The notes under the pieces were generated by a model. The model was given only the letters and a program-made list of their open reading frames with translations. It had not been told where the DNA came from and ran no database searches. 64,000 nucleotides of DNA, from NCBI GenBank assembly GCA_965221955.1, contig CBDCTA010000022.1:160001-224000 (forward strand). Direction: 5' to 3'. Positions within the stretch are counted from its first letter, which is position 1; every line of letters starts with the position of its first letter. This DNA comes from Gammaproteobacteria bacterium (GTDB taxonomy: Bacteria > Pseudomonadota > Gammaproteobacteria > UBA4575). Positions 17,970 to 28,144 of this stretch are shown here, piece by piece. The position numbers were made by a program, and so were the translations under genes.

Positions 17970-18348
17970 TTAATTAGTTGATTCAGCCGCATCGCCTGCA
18001 TGCTCTTTAACCTTTCTCTGCCGCATCGCCTGCATGCTCTTTTACTTTCTCAACAACTTCTTCGGTTGCTTCTTCAGCTTTTTCCATCATGGTTTCACCA
18101 CCTTCTTCAGCAACCTCTTCAATTGGTGGAAGTGAATCCCAATCAGGTAATGGCTCAAGCTTTGGCCCATCCACTGATTCAGCCGCATCACCCGCATGCT
18201 CTTTGGCCTCTTCGCCAGCGTGTTCTTTAGCTTCTTCACCAGCATGCTCAGCTGCTTCGTTAGCCTCATCACCTGCGTGTTCAGCATCGTCTTTACTGCA
18301 TCCAAACATTAAAGCAGCAACTAGTAGCATTAAAATTAATTTATACAT
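17970..18348 (-). CDS. Acidic lipoprotein with EHAG repeats (ORF stops at 18007; a 1-nt frameshift hides one more repeat ending at 17970)
   Basis: Lipobox LMFGC; five EHAG[DE] repeats in frame and a sixth just past the stop. Confidence 0.7.
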
Positions 18349-18403
18349 CTCGAACTCACTCCTATTGGTTTTATAATTTTTTGATTATTTATAATTATTG
18401 TAT

Positions 18404-18814
18404 TTAGTGTGTTACTTTTGGTGGCAGCTCTTTGGCATGCTCAATCCAAGCAGTAACTTCTTTTAGTGTAGGCACTCTCCTAACTAAATTCTTTTCTGCA
18501 TTAACCTCTTCCATTTTAGCGGTAAGGTTTCCAGGAACTCGATTACGCAATTCTTTAACCGTATCAACACCCGATACCTCTAGTAGCTCAGAATATTCTT
18601 CGCCCACACCTTTAATTCTAAACAAGTCACACATGTTTACCCATTTAAGAATTTGACTTTCACTGCAACCGGATTTTTCTGCACAATCTTTACGACCCGC
18701 TTTAGAACAAGCTGCTTCAAGTAAACCATCTGTATCCGTAATGCCTGCTTTAGCTAACATTTCCGCATACTTTGGGCCAATGCCTTCGACAGCTTCAATT
18801 TTATGATTTGCCAT
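18404..18814 (-). CDS. DUF4332 family helix-hairpin-helix protein
   Basis: EGIGPKYAEML, DLFRIKGVGEEYSELL, GVDTVKELRNR. Start placed at MANHK. Confidence 0.88.
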   Translation of the reverse strand: MANHKIEAVEGIGPKYAEMLAKAGITDTDGLLEAACSKAGRKDCAEKSGCSESQILKWVNMCDLFRIKGVGEEYSELLEVSGVDTVKELRNRVPGNLTAKMEEVNAEKNLVRRVPTLKEVTAWIEHAKELPPKVTH

Positions 18815-19024
18815 TTCAAAGAACTCCCAGCATATAGGCATGATTAGCACATACCTATAATTTTATTATGGTTATTATTATTTTATTAGAGCCACATTAA
18901 ATGTGCTCTTGTGGGTCATTATAGCAAGCAGAAACTGCTTTGGAATTGTAAATCTATGGTGCTTATTGCCTAAGGCAAAATACAAGAGGTTGATTTAACA
19001 GTAATTACAAAATGTAGATAATTG

Positions 19025-19750
19025 TTACTTATTATCAACGTCAGAAAGTTCATTTTTTACTTGCTCAAAACTTGTGTGCCGCACATCTGTACCTGCAACA
19101 GTGTAAATTACATACTCACAAATATTTTTAGCATGATCCCCAATGCGTTCTAATGAACGGGCACACCACATTACTCTTAATGCACGCTTAATCGCTCTAG
19201 GATCCTCCATCATATGCGTAATCAGCTGTCGTATTAGTGAATCGTATTCATCATTAATTTCGCGATCACCTTGAGCAATGGCTAAAGCATTTTCAGTATC
19301 CATACGTGCAAATGCATCCAGGCTATCGTGTAACATTTTTCGCACTTGTTCACCTAGGTGTTTAATTTCCATGAAGTACGTTGGTGTACGTTCAACAGTT
19401 GCGAGTTTTACTGCATGGCGACCAATTTTTTCTGCTTCATCACCAATTCTTTCTAAATCCGTTATGGTTTTAATCATAGTTACGACTAAACGCAAGTCAC
19501 TTGCTGCGGGTTGCCTTTTGGCAATTATTTGCGTGCATTCTTCATCAATCGCCACTTCCATAGAGTTAATTTTATAATCACTGGTTGCAACATCTTCTGC
19601 CAAACTACTATCGGATCGGGTCAAAGCAATCAATGCATTCTCGACTTGTTTTTCAACCAAGCCGCCCATGTTTAACACCTTGCTACGCAGTGATTCTAAA
19701 TCCTCATCAAATTGATGTGATATATGATGCCCAATTTCTTGATAAACCAT
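19025..19750 (-). CDS. phoU: Phosphate signalling protein PhoU
   Basis: HISHQFDEDL, RQPAASDLR, DLERIGDEA, LERIGDHAKNICE. Confidence 0.97.
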   Translation of the reverse strand: MVYQEIGHHISHQFDEDLESLRSKVLNMGGLVEKQVENALIALTRSDSSLAEDVATSDYKINSMEVAIDEECTQIIAKRQPAASDLRLVVTMIKTITDLERIGDEAEKIGRHAVKLATVERTPTYFMEIKHLGEQVRKMLHDSLDAFARMDTENALAIAQGDREINDEYDSLIRQLITHMMEDPRAIKRALRVMWCARSLERIGDHAKNICEYVIYTVAGTDVRHTSFEQVKNELSDVDNK

Positions 19751-19769
19751 GAATACCTCTCAGTAATAA

Positions 19770-20594
19770 TTAACCGTAACGGCCAGTAATGTAGTCTTCG
19801 GTTTTCTTTTCATTTGGATTGGTAAACAGTTGGTCTGTTGCGCCAAATTCAATTAACTCGCCTAAATATAAAAAAGCAGTGTAGTCTGAAACCCGTGCAG
19901 CTTGCTGCATATTATGGGTAACGATAACCACCGTATATTGCTCTTTAAGTTGAATAATCAATTCTTCAATTTTTAGTGTTGAAATAGGATCTAACGCAGA
20001 AGCCGGCTCATCCAACAAAATAACTTCTGGTTGAATCGCAATCGCTCTTGCAATCACTAAGCGTTGTTGCTGACCGCCAGAAAGCCCTAGTGCATTATCT
20101 TGCAAGCGATCTTTAACCTCTTCCCACAACGCTGCGCCTTTTAATGCCCACTCAACACGTTCATCTAATACTCTTTTCTTATTAACACCTTGCAGACGAA
20201 GACCATAGGCAACATTTTCATAAATAGTTTTAGGGAACGGGTTAGGTTTTTGAAACACCATGCCTACTTTACGTCGCAGTTCAGCGACGTTAACCGACTT
20301 AGTATTAATGTCTTCACCATGCAACAACATTTGGCCTTCAAGGCGCACAATATCGATTAGATCGTTCATACGATTCATGCAACGCAACAAAGTAGATTTT
20401 CCACAGCCACTAGGACCAATAAATGCAGTAACTCGTTTTTCAGGAATAACTAAATTGATGTCTTTAAGTGCTTGAGCAGCGCCATAATAAAGACCAAAAT
20501 CCTTGCATTCGAAACAAGTTTTTTCATTTTCCAATTGCAAGCTTTCTTTATTAAGAAGCACTTCATGTGATACGTGTGGGGCGGCCATGGTCAT
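19770..20594 (-). CDS. pstB: Phosphate ABC transporter ATPase
   Basis: [37 protein letters not shown]. Confidence 0.97.
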   Translation of the reverse strand: MTMAAPHVSHEVLLNKESLQLENEKTCFECKDFGLYYGAAQALKDINLVIPEKRVTAFIGPSGCGKSTLLRCMNRMNDLIDIVRLEGQMLLHGEDINTKSVNVAELRRKVGMVFQKPNPFPKTIYENVAYGLRLQGVNKKRVLDERVEWALKGAALWEEVKDRLQDNALGLSGGQQQRLVIARAIAIQPEVILLDEPASALDPISTLKIEELIIQLKEQYTVVIVTHNMQQAARVSDYTAFLYLGELIEFGATDQLFTNPNEKKTEDYITGRYG

Positions 20595-20631
20595 TTTCCT
20601 ATACTCCTAATCCTTATCTAATATATGGATT

Positions 20632-22308
20632 TTAGTGTTGTTCTAGGCTCCTATATTTTTCTCTCAAATGATTGCGAATATATATCGCAGATAAATTTAA
20701 AATTATGATGACCACAACCAATATTAGTGCAGTTGCATAAACCAATGGTCTCGCGGCCTCTACATTGGGGCTTTGAAAACCCACATCATAAATATGAAAA
20801 CCTAAATGCATAAACTTTCTTTCTAAATGCACAAAGGGTGCATTCATATCCAATGGCAACGAAGGTGCTAATTTTACTGCACCGACAAGCATTAATGGAG
20901 CTACCTCACCTGCCGCACGTGCAACCGCTAAAATCAGTCCCGTCATCATCGCAGGACTGGTCATCGGTAAAACGGTGCGCCATAACGTTTCTGCTTTGGT
21001 TGCGCCTAAAGCAAGTGATCCTTCTCTAACTGCCCTCGGAATACGTGAAAGACCTTCTTCTGTTGCAACAATCACCACGGGTACAGTAAGCAGAGCTAGT
21101 GTCAATGATGCCCAAAGTATTCCGCCAGACCCAAAGGTAGGTGCTGGCAATGCCTCTCTGAAAAATAGTTCGTCTATCGTGCCACCGACCACATAAACAA
21201 AAAACCCTAAACCAAATACGCCATAAACAATGGATGGCACGCCTGCCAAGTTATTTACAGAAATTCGTACTAAGCGCGTAACAAACCCTTGATGTGCGTA
21301 TTCTCGTAAATAAATCGCTGCAATCACACCAAATGGCGTAACGATTATGGACATCAGCAAAACCATCACTACTGTGCCAAAAATGGCTGGAAAGATTCCA
21401 CCCTCAGTATTGGCCTCACGCGGATCATCCGTAATAAAGCCCCAGAAGGTTTTAATATAAAACAATATTTTTTCACCCAAATTCATGGCATTGGGGCGAT
21501 ATGCTTTAACTACATTTGCGAGCTTGATCTCTTTTTCGCCACCCGTCATCTCGCGCAATACGATACTGTCTTGAGAAATTTCTACATAGAGATTATCCAA
21601 CTCTTCTTTTAAGACTTCATAATCTGCTGTGTATTTAATTTTTTCATCTTCAAGTTTTTTAAATGCATTAGGATCATCAACCTTATCTAATTCTAAGCCT
21701 CGTTTCTTTAAACGTATTTTTTCTAGTTTGAAATTAATCGCACCTATTTCATCTTTTTCAATATGTTCTATTCTTTTTCTAAGTTGAAAAACATTATCAA
21801 GACGTTGCTCTAGATCTTGCCACTTAATTTCATCATATAGGTTTAGAACTTTACCTTTTGATTTGATCTCTTTTAAAAAACCGTAAAAATTACCCCATTG
21901 TGTACGCTCTAAAACTAAAACATCTTTAGGGGTTTCAATATTTAATTCATTAGGCGCAACAGTGAGCATGAAATCAACACCTAATATTTCACGGTTGCCC
22001 ACCTTAATTAAACTACGCTCAATCTGTTCATCCTCAGAGCGCACTTTAATGCCTGACTCTATTATTCTCTGTCGAGCAACTACTTCTGTCTCAACTCTCT
22101 CACCAATTATCGTTGCATGCTGGGTTCCATTGTCGTATTCAATTTCATAAACCGTTTTTGGCCAAAAATGACCAAGACCACGTGATGCTATTAAAAGCAA
22201 TAAACCAAATACCATAATCATGCTGATTGCTACAGCACCCGCATTCAGCCACACCCACGGAGTACCCGATGACATAAATGTTTTAAAGTTATTGTTCTTA
22301 TTCTTCAT
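20632..22308 (-). CDS. pstA: Phosphate ABC transporter permease PstA (long form)
   Basis: PREANTEGGIFPAIFGT, NLAGVPSIVYG, ARAAGEVAPL. Confidence 0.95.
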   Translation of the reverse strand: MKNKNNNFKTFMSSGTPWVWLNAGAVAISMIMVFGLLLLIASRGLGHFWPKTVYEIEYDNGTQHATIIGERVETEVVARQRIIESGIKVRSEDEQIERSLIKVGNREILGVDFMLTVAPNELNIETPKDVLVLERTQWGNFYGFLKEIKSKGKVLNLYDEIKWQDLEQRLDNVFQLRKRIEHIEKDEIGAINFKLEKIRLKKRGLELDKVDDPNAFKKLEDEKIKYTADYEVLKEELDNLYVEISQDSIVLREMTGGEKEIKLANVVKAYRPNAMNLGEKILFYIKTFWGFITDDPREANTEGGIFPAIFGTVVMVLLMSIIVTPFGVIAAIYLREYAHQGFVTRLVRISVNNLAGVPSIVYGVFGLGFFVYVVGGTIDELFFREALPAPTFGSGGILWASLTLALLTVPVVIVATEEGLSRIPRAVREGSLALGATKAETLWRTVLPMTSPAMMTGLILAVARAAGEVAPLMLVGAVKLAPSLPLDMNAPFVHLERKFMHLGFHIYDVGFQSPNVEAARPLVYATALILVVVIIILNLSAIYIRNHLREKYRSLEQH

Positions 22309-22310
22309 AC

Positions 22311-24590
22311 TTATAACGTGCTGTATTTTTCGCGTAGCCGTTGACGTACGATTTCTGCGATAGTGTTAAAGAAAAACGTAAACAAAAATAAAACCAGTGC
22401 AGCAAGAAATAAGATCCTAAAGTGTGTGCTATCTACTTCCGACTCAGGCAGCTCAACCGCCACATTTGCGGATAGTGTGCGCATCCCTTCAAAGATACTA
22501 AAGTCCATCACTGGAGTATTACCTGTTGCCATGAGCACAATCATGGTTTCACCCACTGCACGACCTAAACCAATCATGGTGGCAGAAAATATACCTGGAC
22601 TTGCCGAAGGAAGTACGACTCGCACCAATGTTTGCCAGGGTGTTGCACCTAACGCCAAAGATCCCGAAGACAAATGTTTAGGCACACTAAAGATAGCGTC
22701 TTCCGCAATCGAAAAAATTGTCGGAATCACTGCAAAACCCATTGCAATTCCGATAATGATTGAATTTCTTTGATCATAACCAACCCCCATGCTGTCGGTT
22801 AACCATAATCGCATGTCGCCGTCAAATAACACGCGCTCCATCCATGGACTTATACCGAGTGCAATCCATCCACATATAAGAACGATTGGAACCAAAAGCG
22901 CGGCTTGCCATCCATCAGGTATACCATTTTTAATTTTTTCAGGTACATACCACCAAACCACACTTGCTAATAGAATACCTAAAGGTAACGCAAGCAAAGA
23001 TGCAAATACTCCAGGCAAATGTGCTTCAACAAAGGGTGCTAACCAAAGCCCTGCAAGAAAACCTAAAATTACAGTGGGCAGTGCTTCCATAATCTCGATG
23101 GAAGGCTTTACAACCCCACGCATTTTTGGTGCCATAAAATATGCAGTGAAGATTGCACCGCATATAGCCAAAGGCATTGCCACTAACATGGCATAAAAAG
23201 CCGCTTTGAATGTTCCGAAAGTTAAAGGTGTAAGACTAAACTTTGGTTCAAAGTCACTCGATGCTGAAGAAGATTGCCAAATATAATCTGGCTCAGGGTA
23301 ACTTTCGTACCACACTTTACCCCAGATAGAGCTTAAAGATGCTTCTGGATGTTCACTATCCAACTCCCAAACATGAAGCTTGCCGGTTTGGTCTTCAGAA
23401 ATGATTTTATTACTTCTTGGGGCAATACCAAGATGACGTAATGGTTGATCTACTATGTTTTCAGTAATGACATGTCGAGACGCTGTGGTATGAAAGATGG
23501 AAATATTTCCATCTTCATCTGTTACCACAAACCCTTTGCGTAATTGCTCTGCAGTAATACTAGAAATTTTTGCATCACCACTCTTAAATTGCCTAATTGG
23601 AGTTAGGCGATACGCACCAAATTCATCACGCACTAAAAATAGTTGGTGAATATTGCCGTGATCATCAGCAAGCAATAAAGATATCCCACCAATTAAAAAC
23701 TCTAGCACCGTGGGATTACTTTCTTCACCTAATACCAAAACATCTTCTATATGAATTGGCTCATCTTTTTTACGGATATCGTAATAAGCAATTGCACCTT
23801 TTTGATTTAGCAAATATAACCACTGTCGTTCAGGAGAAATAAGCGCTTTGATCGGTACATCCGGATAAGAAAGTTGTACTAGACTGGTAAGCTCTAAAGA
23901 AATTTCATCCTCATCTAAAAAAGAAGACTGCTTTTCAAAATTTATGAGCCTTGGGCCACTGTCTGTATGTGCGAATACTGTAATACCGTCTTCATTATCG
24001 CTTACCGCAATACTTGAAAGGGTTTGTGAACCAATTTCTAAATTTAACGGGTCTTTACCATAAGGATAGGTAATACTTGGAATAATTGTGCGCGTACCTT
24101 GACCGTAATTTGCTGAATATTGATGTCTAAAAATAAGCACCTTGCCATTACTCAGTCCCAAACCCACAACATTTCTTTCTTTATCGATGTGCCCCCAGCT
24201 ACTAATTTCTACTTGATCATCCTCAAGAAGATTGCTCGTCGCAATATTCTTACCACTATCAACATAGAAAAAACTTACAACACCCGCATCATCAAGTCGC
24301 ATCCCGATTTCTGCTTGTTCCTCAATGGAAAATAGTAATGTCTTTCGACCATCATTATTAGCAAGAGAAAAGCTTGCAACTTCATGTAAAGAAGCCCCTT
24401 TAAATAGTGGAAAGACTACCGCAAACAAAAATAAAAAAATTAAGATGATGGAGCCTATAACCGCAATCCCACCTGCGCCAACTAGATAACGAGCCAGCAC
24501 ATCTCGAATTGATCTTCGTCTCCATAAGACGTGATCAAATTCCAGTGGCTTTGGAACAGGAGGTTCTGAAACGCCTGATTCTTCTGACAT
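22311..24590 (-). CDS. pstC: Phosphate ABC transporter permease PstC (long form with periplasmic domain)
   Basis: GTFKAAFYAM, KPSIEIMEALPTVILG, GRAVGETMIVLMATGN. Confidence 0.93.
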   Translation of the reverse strand: MSEESGVSEPPVPKPLEFDHVLWRRRSIRDVLARYLVGAGGIAVIGSIILIFLFLFAVVFPLFKGASLHEVASFSLANNDGRKTLLFSIEEQAEIGMRLDDAGVVSFFYVDSGKNIATSNLLEDDQVEISSWGHIDKERNVVGLGLSNGKVLIFRHQYSANYGQGTRTIIPSITYPYGKDPLNLEIGSQTLSSIAVSDNEDGITVFAHTDSGPRLINFEKQSSFLDEDEISLELTSLVQLSYPDVPIKALISPERQWLYLLNQKGAIAYYDIRKKDEPIHIEDVLVLGEESNPTVLEFLIGGISLLLADDHGNIHQLFLVRDEFGAYRLTPIRQFKSGDAKISSITAEQLRKGFVVTDEDGNISIFHTTASRHVITENIVDQPLRHLGIAPRSNKIISEDQTGKLHVWELDSEHPEASLSSIWGKVWYESYPEPDYIWQSSSASSDFEPKFSLTPLTFGTFKAAFYAMLVAMPLAICGAIFTAYFMAPKMRGVVKPSIEIMEALPTVILGFLAGLWLAPFVEAHLPGVFASLLALPLGILLASVVWWYVPEKIKNGIPDGWQAALLVPIVLICGWIALGISPWMERVLFDGDMRLWLTDSMGVGYDQRNSIIIGIAMGFAVIPTIFSIAEDAIFSVPKHLSSGSLALGATPWQTLVRVVLPSASPGIFSATMIGLGRAVGETMIVLMATGNTPVMDFSIFEGMRTLSANVAVELPESEVDSTHFRILFLAALVLFLFTFFFNTIAEIVRQRLREKYSTL

Positions 24591-24636
24591 GCTTATAATT
24601 ATTCTTATTGAATACAGGAATGTATGAGTATACTCG

Positions 24637-24665
24637 AAAAAAAGGCCCTGTATTACAGGGCCTTT
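24637..24665 (-). terminator. Terminator/stabilising hairpin after pstS
   Basis: aaaggccctgta-t-tacagggccttt with a U tail on the minus strand. Confidence 0.75.
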
Positions 24666-24723
24666 CAGTTACTTGGCAAATGCCATTTAAACCTAATCTA
24701 AAAACTATAAAATGGTTATTTTT

Positions 24724-25734
24724 TTATTCTGCAGCACTAACCTTCATAGCACTTTTTTCTACATCAATAGAAGCCAATGCTTTGTCAGCAACTTTTGAAG
24801 GTAGAGGAATATACCCATCTTTAACAACTACTTTCTGACCTTGAGTGGATAACACCATTCTAATGAATTCGCTCTCAAGTGGAGAAAGTGGCTTACCTGG
24901 TGCTTTGTTTACATAAACGTATAAGAAACGTGCAAGGGGATAATCTCCAGTAATCGCATTATCTGGAGTCGCATCTACATGTGTAGAACCACCCTTGGAT
25001 AATGCAACCGCTTTCACGCCAGAGGTTTTGTAACCAATGCCTGAATAACCAATTCCATTTAAAGAAGAAGATACGGATTGCACTACAGAGGCTGAACCTG
25101 GTTGCTCATTCACATTAGATTTGTAGTCACCTTTGCAAAGTGCTTTTTTCTTAAAGTAACCGTAGGTACCTGATACTGAGTTGCGACCAAACAATTGAAT
25201 GTCTCGCTTCGCCCAATCACCTTCTAGACCAAGATCACCCCAGGTTGAAATATCTGATGCACCGCCACAAGTACGTGTACTTGAGAACACGGCATCTACT
25301 TGCTCAATACTCATGCCTTGAATTGGATTATCTTTATGAACGTAAACCGCTAAAGCATCAATCGCTACTGGAATTGCAGTAGGCTTATAGCCAAATTTTT
25401 TCTCAAACGATGCAAGTTCTTTATCTTTCATTTTGCGACTCATCGGACCAAGGTTCGATGTACCTTCAGTCAATGCAGGTGGCGCAGTTGATGAGCCCGC
25501 TGCTTGAATTTGGATATTAACGTTTGGGTAAAAACGTTTATATTCTTCTGCCCAAAGTGTCATTAAATTTGCCAAGGTATCCGAACCGACACTAGATAGA
25601 TTGCCCGATACGCCACTGGTAGCTGCATACTCACCTAGATCAGCATCTACACTTACTTCAGCTGAAACCGTTGCTGCCGAAGTAAAAAGCAATACTGTAG
25701 TAATCACGTAAAATTTCTTAATCAATGCGTACAT
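24724..25734 (-). CDS. pstS: Phosphate-binding protein PstS
   Basis: [42 protein letters not shown] before MYAL (25734). Confidence 0.95.
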   Translation of the reverse strand: MYALIKKFYVITTVLLFTSAATVSAEVSVDADLGEYAATSGVSGNLSSVGSDTLANLMTLWAEEYKRFYPNVNIQIQAAGSSTAPPALTEGTSNLGPMSRKMKDKELASFEKKFGYKPTAIPVAIDALAVYVHKDNPIQGMSIEQVDAVFSSTRTCGGASDISTWGDLGLEGDWAKRDIQLFGRNSVSGTYGYFKKKALCKGDYKSNVNEQPGSASVVQSVSSSLNGIGYSGIGYKTSGVKAVALSKGGSTHVDATPDNAITGDYPLARFLYVYVNKAPGKPLSPLESEFIRMVLSTQGQKVVVKDGYIPLPSKVADKALASIDVEKSAMKVSAAE

Positions 25735-25790
25735 TAAATAACTCCTGAATTTATGGATATTTCTAATTTTCGAAATCAAGCTTAGGATTC

Positions 25791-25834
25791 ATGTGTTACA
25801 AGCATATGCTATGAATATTACAGTTTTGTTAAAA
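25791..25834 (-). promoter_or_regulatory. Pho box array upstream of pstS
   Basis: 11-bp periodic units on the minus strand: ttttaacaaaa / ctgtaatattc / atagcatatgc / ttgtaacacat (cf. CTGTCATA consensus). Confidence 0.7.
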
Positions 25835-25851
25835 CATAACCCATTGTTTTT

Positions 25852-27168
25852 TCAATGATTATTTCCGTTTATGGTGATTCGATTTGCAGGAAAACTACAG
25901 ATAAACCGGCTGCCTCTACCCAACTCGCTCTCGATTTCAAGATTGCCTTCATGACGCCCCAGAATATGCTTTACGATTGATAAACCTAAACCAGTACCGC
26001 CTTTCTCGCGAGAACGCCCTGCATCCACACGGTAAAAGCGTTCAGTCAATCTTTCGATATGCTCTTTTGCAATACCTTGACCACGATCTTCAACGATCAG
26101 TTGTGCGGAACCATCGTCTATCAAATCCCAAGTAACCATAATACTTGCACCTGGATCAGTATGCTTCACCGCATTGTTGATTAAATTAGAAACTACACTA
26201 TGAATTTCTTGTAGATCACCTTTAATCATTGCTTTAGTTTTTATTTGTGTAGAAATATTATGGTTGGTAAACCAAGTTGAAAGCTTTGCGTCTTCAACCA
26301 CTTCAGAAATTAAAGACTCAATAGGAATTGCTTCTACGTCTTCCGCAACCGAGCCTGTTGATTCTAGGCGCGACAAAGTAAGCAAGTCTTCAACCAGTTG
26401 CTTCATACGATGCGCCTGTATTTCCGCAGCATGAATTGCGGTATTGCATTCATCGGGTAAACCTTGGTGCATCGAGAGCGATTCTAAGTAGCCTAAAATT
26501 ACTGTGAGAGGTGTACGCAATTCGTGTGAAGCGTTGGAAATAAAACTACGGCGCATTTCATAGATACGCGCGGATTGCGACATGTCCTGGCCAATTAAAA
26601 CCAACTTGCTTTCACCAAAAGGAATAATGCGAACACTCAGTTCAGGCTCATGTACTGAAGAGCCCCTAACTTCTAAAGGCTGATCAAATTTCCTTGCATT
26701 AAAGTAATCTGTAAAAGATGGATTGCGCACCAGTTGCGTAATCCGAGTATTTTTATCACCTTCAGGATCTATTTGTAATAAATCATGCGCGGCCTGATTG
26801 GCAGATAAAATTTCTCCATTGGCACCCATCACCACCACAGCATCGGGCAATGCAGAAATCATTTGCTTATATTGATTAATTAAATCCTGAAGCTCAGCTT
26901 TTTTAACCTGATGTGACTTTTGTAGATCGACAATATTAGAGACATGCTGATCCGCAATGCCTAAGTACTCTGGAGCATCATCGACCTTTGCCCCACCATC
27001 CAACCACTGTTTGAGTGTGACTAGCTGCCTAGCGGTCCACAATCCATAGACAACTAAACCAAGTATAAAAAAGAGTGGTAAGTGTCCTGTAAAAAAACCA
27101 ATCAGAACGCATGGTACAAAAACTAATAGAATTCTATTTAGTTCAGATAACCACGCGCTAATTGACAT
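25852..27168 (-). CDS. phoR: Phosphate sensor histidine kinase PhoR
   Basis: FISNASHELRTPLT, NLINNAVKH, ERFYRVDAGRSR, GGTGLGL; PAS domain. Confidence 0.95.
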   Translation of the reverse strand: MSISAWLSELNRILLVFVPCVLIGFFTGHLPLFFILGLVVYGLWTARQLVTLKQWLDGGAKVDDAPEYLGIADQHVSNIVDLQKSHQVKKAELQDLINQYKQMISALPDAVVVMGANGEILSANQAAHDLLQIDPEGDKNTRITQLVRNPSFTDYFNARKFDQPLEVRGSSVHEPELSVRIIPFGESKLVLIGQDMSQSARIYEMRRSFISNASHELRTPLTVILGYLESLSMHQGLPDECNTAIHAAEIQAHRMKQLVEDLLTLSRLESTGSVAEDVEAIPIESLISEVVEDAKLSTWFTNHNISTQIKTKAMIKGDLQEIHSVVSNLINNAVKHTDPGASIMVTWDLIDDGSAQLIVEDRGQGIAKEHIERLTERFYRVDAGRSREKGGTGLGLSIVKHILGRHEGNLEIESELGRGSRFICSFPANRITINGNNH

Positions 27169-27857
27169 TATTTCTTTTCGGAAAATCGATAACCGTAACC
27201 GCGTACGGTTTGAATCATGTGATCACAACTAAATGGCTTGAGTAGTTTTCTTAAACGCACAATATGGACATCCACGGTGCGCTCTTCAACATACATGTTA
27301 CGGCCCCACACATAATCTAACAACTGGTTACGAGAATAAACTCGATCTGGATGGGTCATAAAAAACTCTAGCAAACGAAACTCTGTAGGCCCCATATCAA
27401 GCGAGGTATCATTCACATAAGCACGGTGTGCGTTTAAATCTAATTTAATGGGCTCAATCTGTACTTCATTATCAATACTACCCGAACCTCTTCTCAACAC
27501 AGCACGTATTCGTGCTGTCAGTTCCTTAACCGAAAATGGTTTTGTTATGTAATCATCTGCGCCAGAATCAAGTCCGTCAATCTTATCGCGCTCTTCCACA
27601 CGTGCGGTTAACATAATTACTGGGATTTCTTGCATTGCATCTTTGCGTTTCCACCGACGTAACAACTCTAGCCCACTGGTATCTGGCAACATCCAATCAA
27701 GAAGAATTAAGTCAGGTAAGTTATTTGCAATTTGAAGTTCTGCTGAAGCACCATCTTCCGCTTCATCAATAGCATAACCTTCTTGCCCTAATGCAAAAGA
27801 CACCATTTCACGTATGGAATGCTCATCTTCTACCAATAAAATACGTTTACTGCTCAT
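27168..27857 (-). CDS. phoB: Response regulator PhoB
   Basis: ILLVEDE, LILLDWMLP, MGPTEFRLLEF, EERTVDVHI, TVRGYGY. Start placed at MSSK (27857). Confidence 0.96.
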   Translation of the reverse strand: MSSKRILLVEDEHSIREMVSFALGQEGYAIDEAEDGASAELQIANNLPDLILLDWMLPDTSGLELLRRWKRKDAMQEIPVIMLTARVEERDKIDGLDSGADDYITKPFSVKELTARIRAVLRRGSGSIDNEVQIEPIKLDLNAHRAYVNDTSLDMGPTEFRLLEFFMTHPDRVYSRNQLLDYVWGRNMYVEERTVDVHIVRLRKLLKPFSCDHMIQTVRGYGYRFSEKK

Positions 27858-28042
27858 ATTTTGAGCCTTAATGTAATTCTGCGACTGATGTACTTCTGCA
27901 ACATATTGATTTTGCATGATTGTAACCTGCAATGATAATGATGGCGCATTATTTTCTGCATTTGTTACAGAACTATTAATTACCTTTAAATCAATAGGAT
28001 GTGAAGGCCAGATTAATTTAGGTACAACTTCAAGCTTCAAAC

Positions 28043-28086
28043 GTGTAACAAAATTGTAATATTTTATTCATATTGGTTTCACAGAC
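28043..28086 (+). promoter_or_regulatory. Pho box array upstream of the phosphate porin
   Basis: gtgtaacaaaa / ttgtaatattt / tattcatattg / gtttcacagac at 11-bp period. Confidence 0.7.
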
Positions 28087-28144
28087 ATTGCGCAAGATTC
28101 TCAACCTGTAAATTAATAATTATCAAGTAACAGGGAGGCTCTTC

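Noticed and set aside
20632-24590. Unusually long PstA (558 aa) and PstC (759 aa)
   Set aside because: Long periplasmic-domain forms are normal for Pseudomonas-type Pst systems.
27858-28040. 61-aa N-terminal extension on PhoB
   Set aside because: It starts at a TTG inside the divergent promoter region; the receiver domain begins at MSSK. Similar over-extensions were trimmed for pstS, dgkA, pntA, ribF, lspA, the OmpA gene and fimT.
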